From NCBI GenBank assembly GCA_965248755.1, contig OZ252149.1, positions 2,112,001 to 2,176,000 on the forward strand: 64,000 nt of DNA, written 5' to 3'. Below the pieces are notes generated by a model. It saw only the letters and a list, made by a program, of their open reading frames with translations. It was not told the DNA's origin and did not search any database. The position numbers and the translations under genes were made by a program. Shown here in pieces: positions 62,791 through 64,000 of this stretch. This stretch comes from Candidatus Latescibacterota bacterium (GTDB lineage: Bacteria; Latescibacterota; CBDEFO01). Every line of letters begins with the position of its first letter. Position 1 is the first letter of the stretch.

Positions 62791-64000
62791 ATGAAAATAG
62801 TAGTGGTCGGGGCAGGAACAGTCGGGCGCCGTGTCGCAGAGCATCTATCTAAGGAAGAACACGATATAATCGTCGTTGATAAGAACGAAGAACGCAGACG
62901 CCGTGTCGCAGAACAGATGGATGTTCTGGCAGTAAGGGGGAGCGGAACGAGCACAAAGGTGCTGAAAGATGTCGGGGCAGATGACGCCGACATCTTCTTG
63001 GCTGTTACCGACTCCGACGAGGTGAATATCGTCTCCTGTTTGATCGCCTCAGAGTTCAGCGTAAAGACGAAGGTCGCCAGAGTTCGAAATCCTGAATACT
63101 TTACAGGGTCATCCGCTTTGAGTCCCCAAAAGCTGGATATAGACCTGATGATAAACCCTGAGGAGGAGGCGGCAGAGGAGGCCGTAAGGCTTTTAAAGAT
63201 GTCGGCGGCAACAGACATAGTGGAGTTCGAGGATGGCAAAATACAGCTTATAGGCCTGAAGTTAGACAGGAACTCTCCGATAGTCAACCGAACGCTGAAA
63301 GATATAGGTTCCAGCGTTCCCGGTCTCTATTTTTGGGTAGTCGCCATAAACAGGGCAGAAAGGACGATCATCCCATATGCCGATGACTATCTAAGGATAA
63401 ACGATCAGGTATTTGTGATGGCCGAATCTGAGTCGATAGAGGATGTGGTGAAGCTCACGGGCGAAAGGAGCCACAAACTTCAAAGGGTTATGATACTCGG
63501 CGGCTCTCGAGTGGCAAAAAACGCCGCAAGGCTATTAGCAGACGAAGATCTCCAGGTCAAGATGGTCGAATCGGACAGAGAAAGGTCCCAGTCCCTTGCC
63601 GATGAGATGGACAAAGTCCTGATCCTGCACGGAGACGGGACGGACATAGACCTTTTGGCGAGGGAGGGGATATTGGACATGGACGGCCTGGTGGCAGCAA
63701 CCGACGACCAAGAGACTAATATCCTTGCGTGCCTTTTGGCCAAGCATATAGGCGTAAAGAAAGTCATCACTATTGTGACCCAGCCGCACTATCTACCCCT
63801 GATGCCGAGCATAGGGATAGATGCAGCAGTTGACCCGAACTCCTCAACAGTAAACACAATCTTAAGGTTTGTGCGGCGCGGCAGGATAGTATCAGTGGTG
63901 GGGATAAAGGGTATGGACGCTGAGGTGATAGAACTGATAGCCAACAGGGACTCCAAGATAGTGGGCAAAGCCTTAATAGATGTAAAGTTTCCCAAGGGCG
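62791..64000 (+). CDS. trkA: Trk potassium uptake NAD-binding subunit, truncated by the window end
   Basis: Absent from the ORF track because no stop codon falls in the window. Reads MKIVVVGAGTVG...FLAVTDSDEVNIVSC...KVARVRN...IDLMINPE, then a second RCK domain RVMILGGSRV...LHGDGTD. Confidence 0.93.
   Translation, partial: MKIVVVGAGTVGRRVAEHLSKEEHDIIVVDKNEERRRRVAEQMDVLAVRGSGTSTKVLKDVGADDADIFLAVTDSDEVNIVSCLIASEFSVKTKVARVRNPEYFTGSSALSPQKLDIDLMINPEEEAAEEAVRLLKMSAATDIVEFEDGKIQLIGLKLDRNSPIVNRTLKDIGSSVPGLYFWVVAINRAERTIIPYADDYLRINDQVFVMAESESIEDVVKLTGERSHKLQRVMILGGSRVAKNAARLLADEDLQVKMVESDRERSQSLADEMDKVLILHGDGTDIDLLAREGILDMDGLVAATDDQETNILACLLAKHIGVKKVITIVTQPHYLPLMPSIGIDAAVDPNSSTVNTILRFVRRGRIVSVVGIKGMDAEVIELIANRDSKIVGKALIDVKFPKG

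Noticed and set aside
62769..63995. Minus-strand ORFs at the right end, and the many antisense or overlapping short ORFs in the track
   Set aside because: They are shadows of well-supported genes (trkA here) and have no motifs of their own.

Overview
This 64-kb bacterial window probably comes from an FCB-superphylum lineage such as Candidatus Latescibacterota. That assignment is inferred from the gene families present (FlgD/CHU_C-tailed secreted proteins, a TWGxIK-tailed protein, DUF6785-like transporters) and was not tested. Housekeeping genes sit at both ends: nuoM-nuoN-tRNA-Phe on the left, and pyk, a YtxH-like gene, an ABC transporter and trkA on the right. Between them is about 55 kb of accessory DNA with five parts. 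(1) A decayed IS1595 and a fatty-acid desaturase. (2) Six secreted proteins that share a constant stalk and a FlgD/type-B-CTD-like tail; in the two recent paralog pairs, divergence is concentrated in loops of the N-terminal head. (3) A GC-richer block (about 9.5-28.7 kb) of mosaic CBM/glycoside-hydrolase-like genes built on a repeated leader and ending at a tRNA 3' fragment. (4) A co-oriented 29-52 kb cluster that combines four of the FlgD-tailed proteins with two ~930-aa putative outer-membrane proteins, a double-parvulin lipoprotein, a TWGRIK-tailed protein and DUF6785-like inner-membrane proteins. This cluster is the best candidate for an undescribed envelope-spanning capture or secretion system. 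(5) A Tat-exported PaoABC-like molybdoenzyme. A 27-bp palindromic element occurs as both filled and empty alleles within the window, including in-frame insertions into signal peptides. All calls come from reading the sequence by eye; no searches were run.
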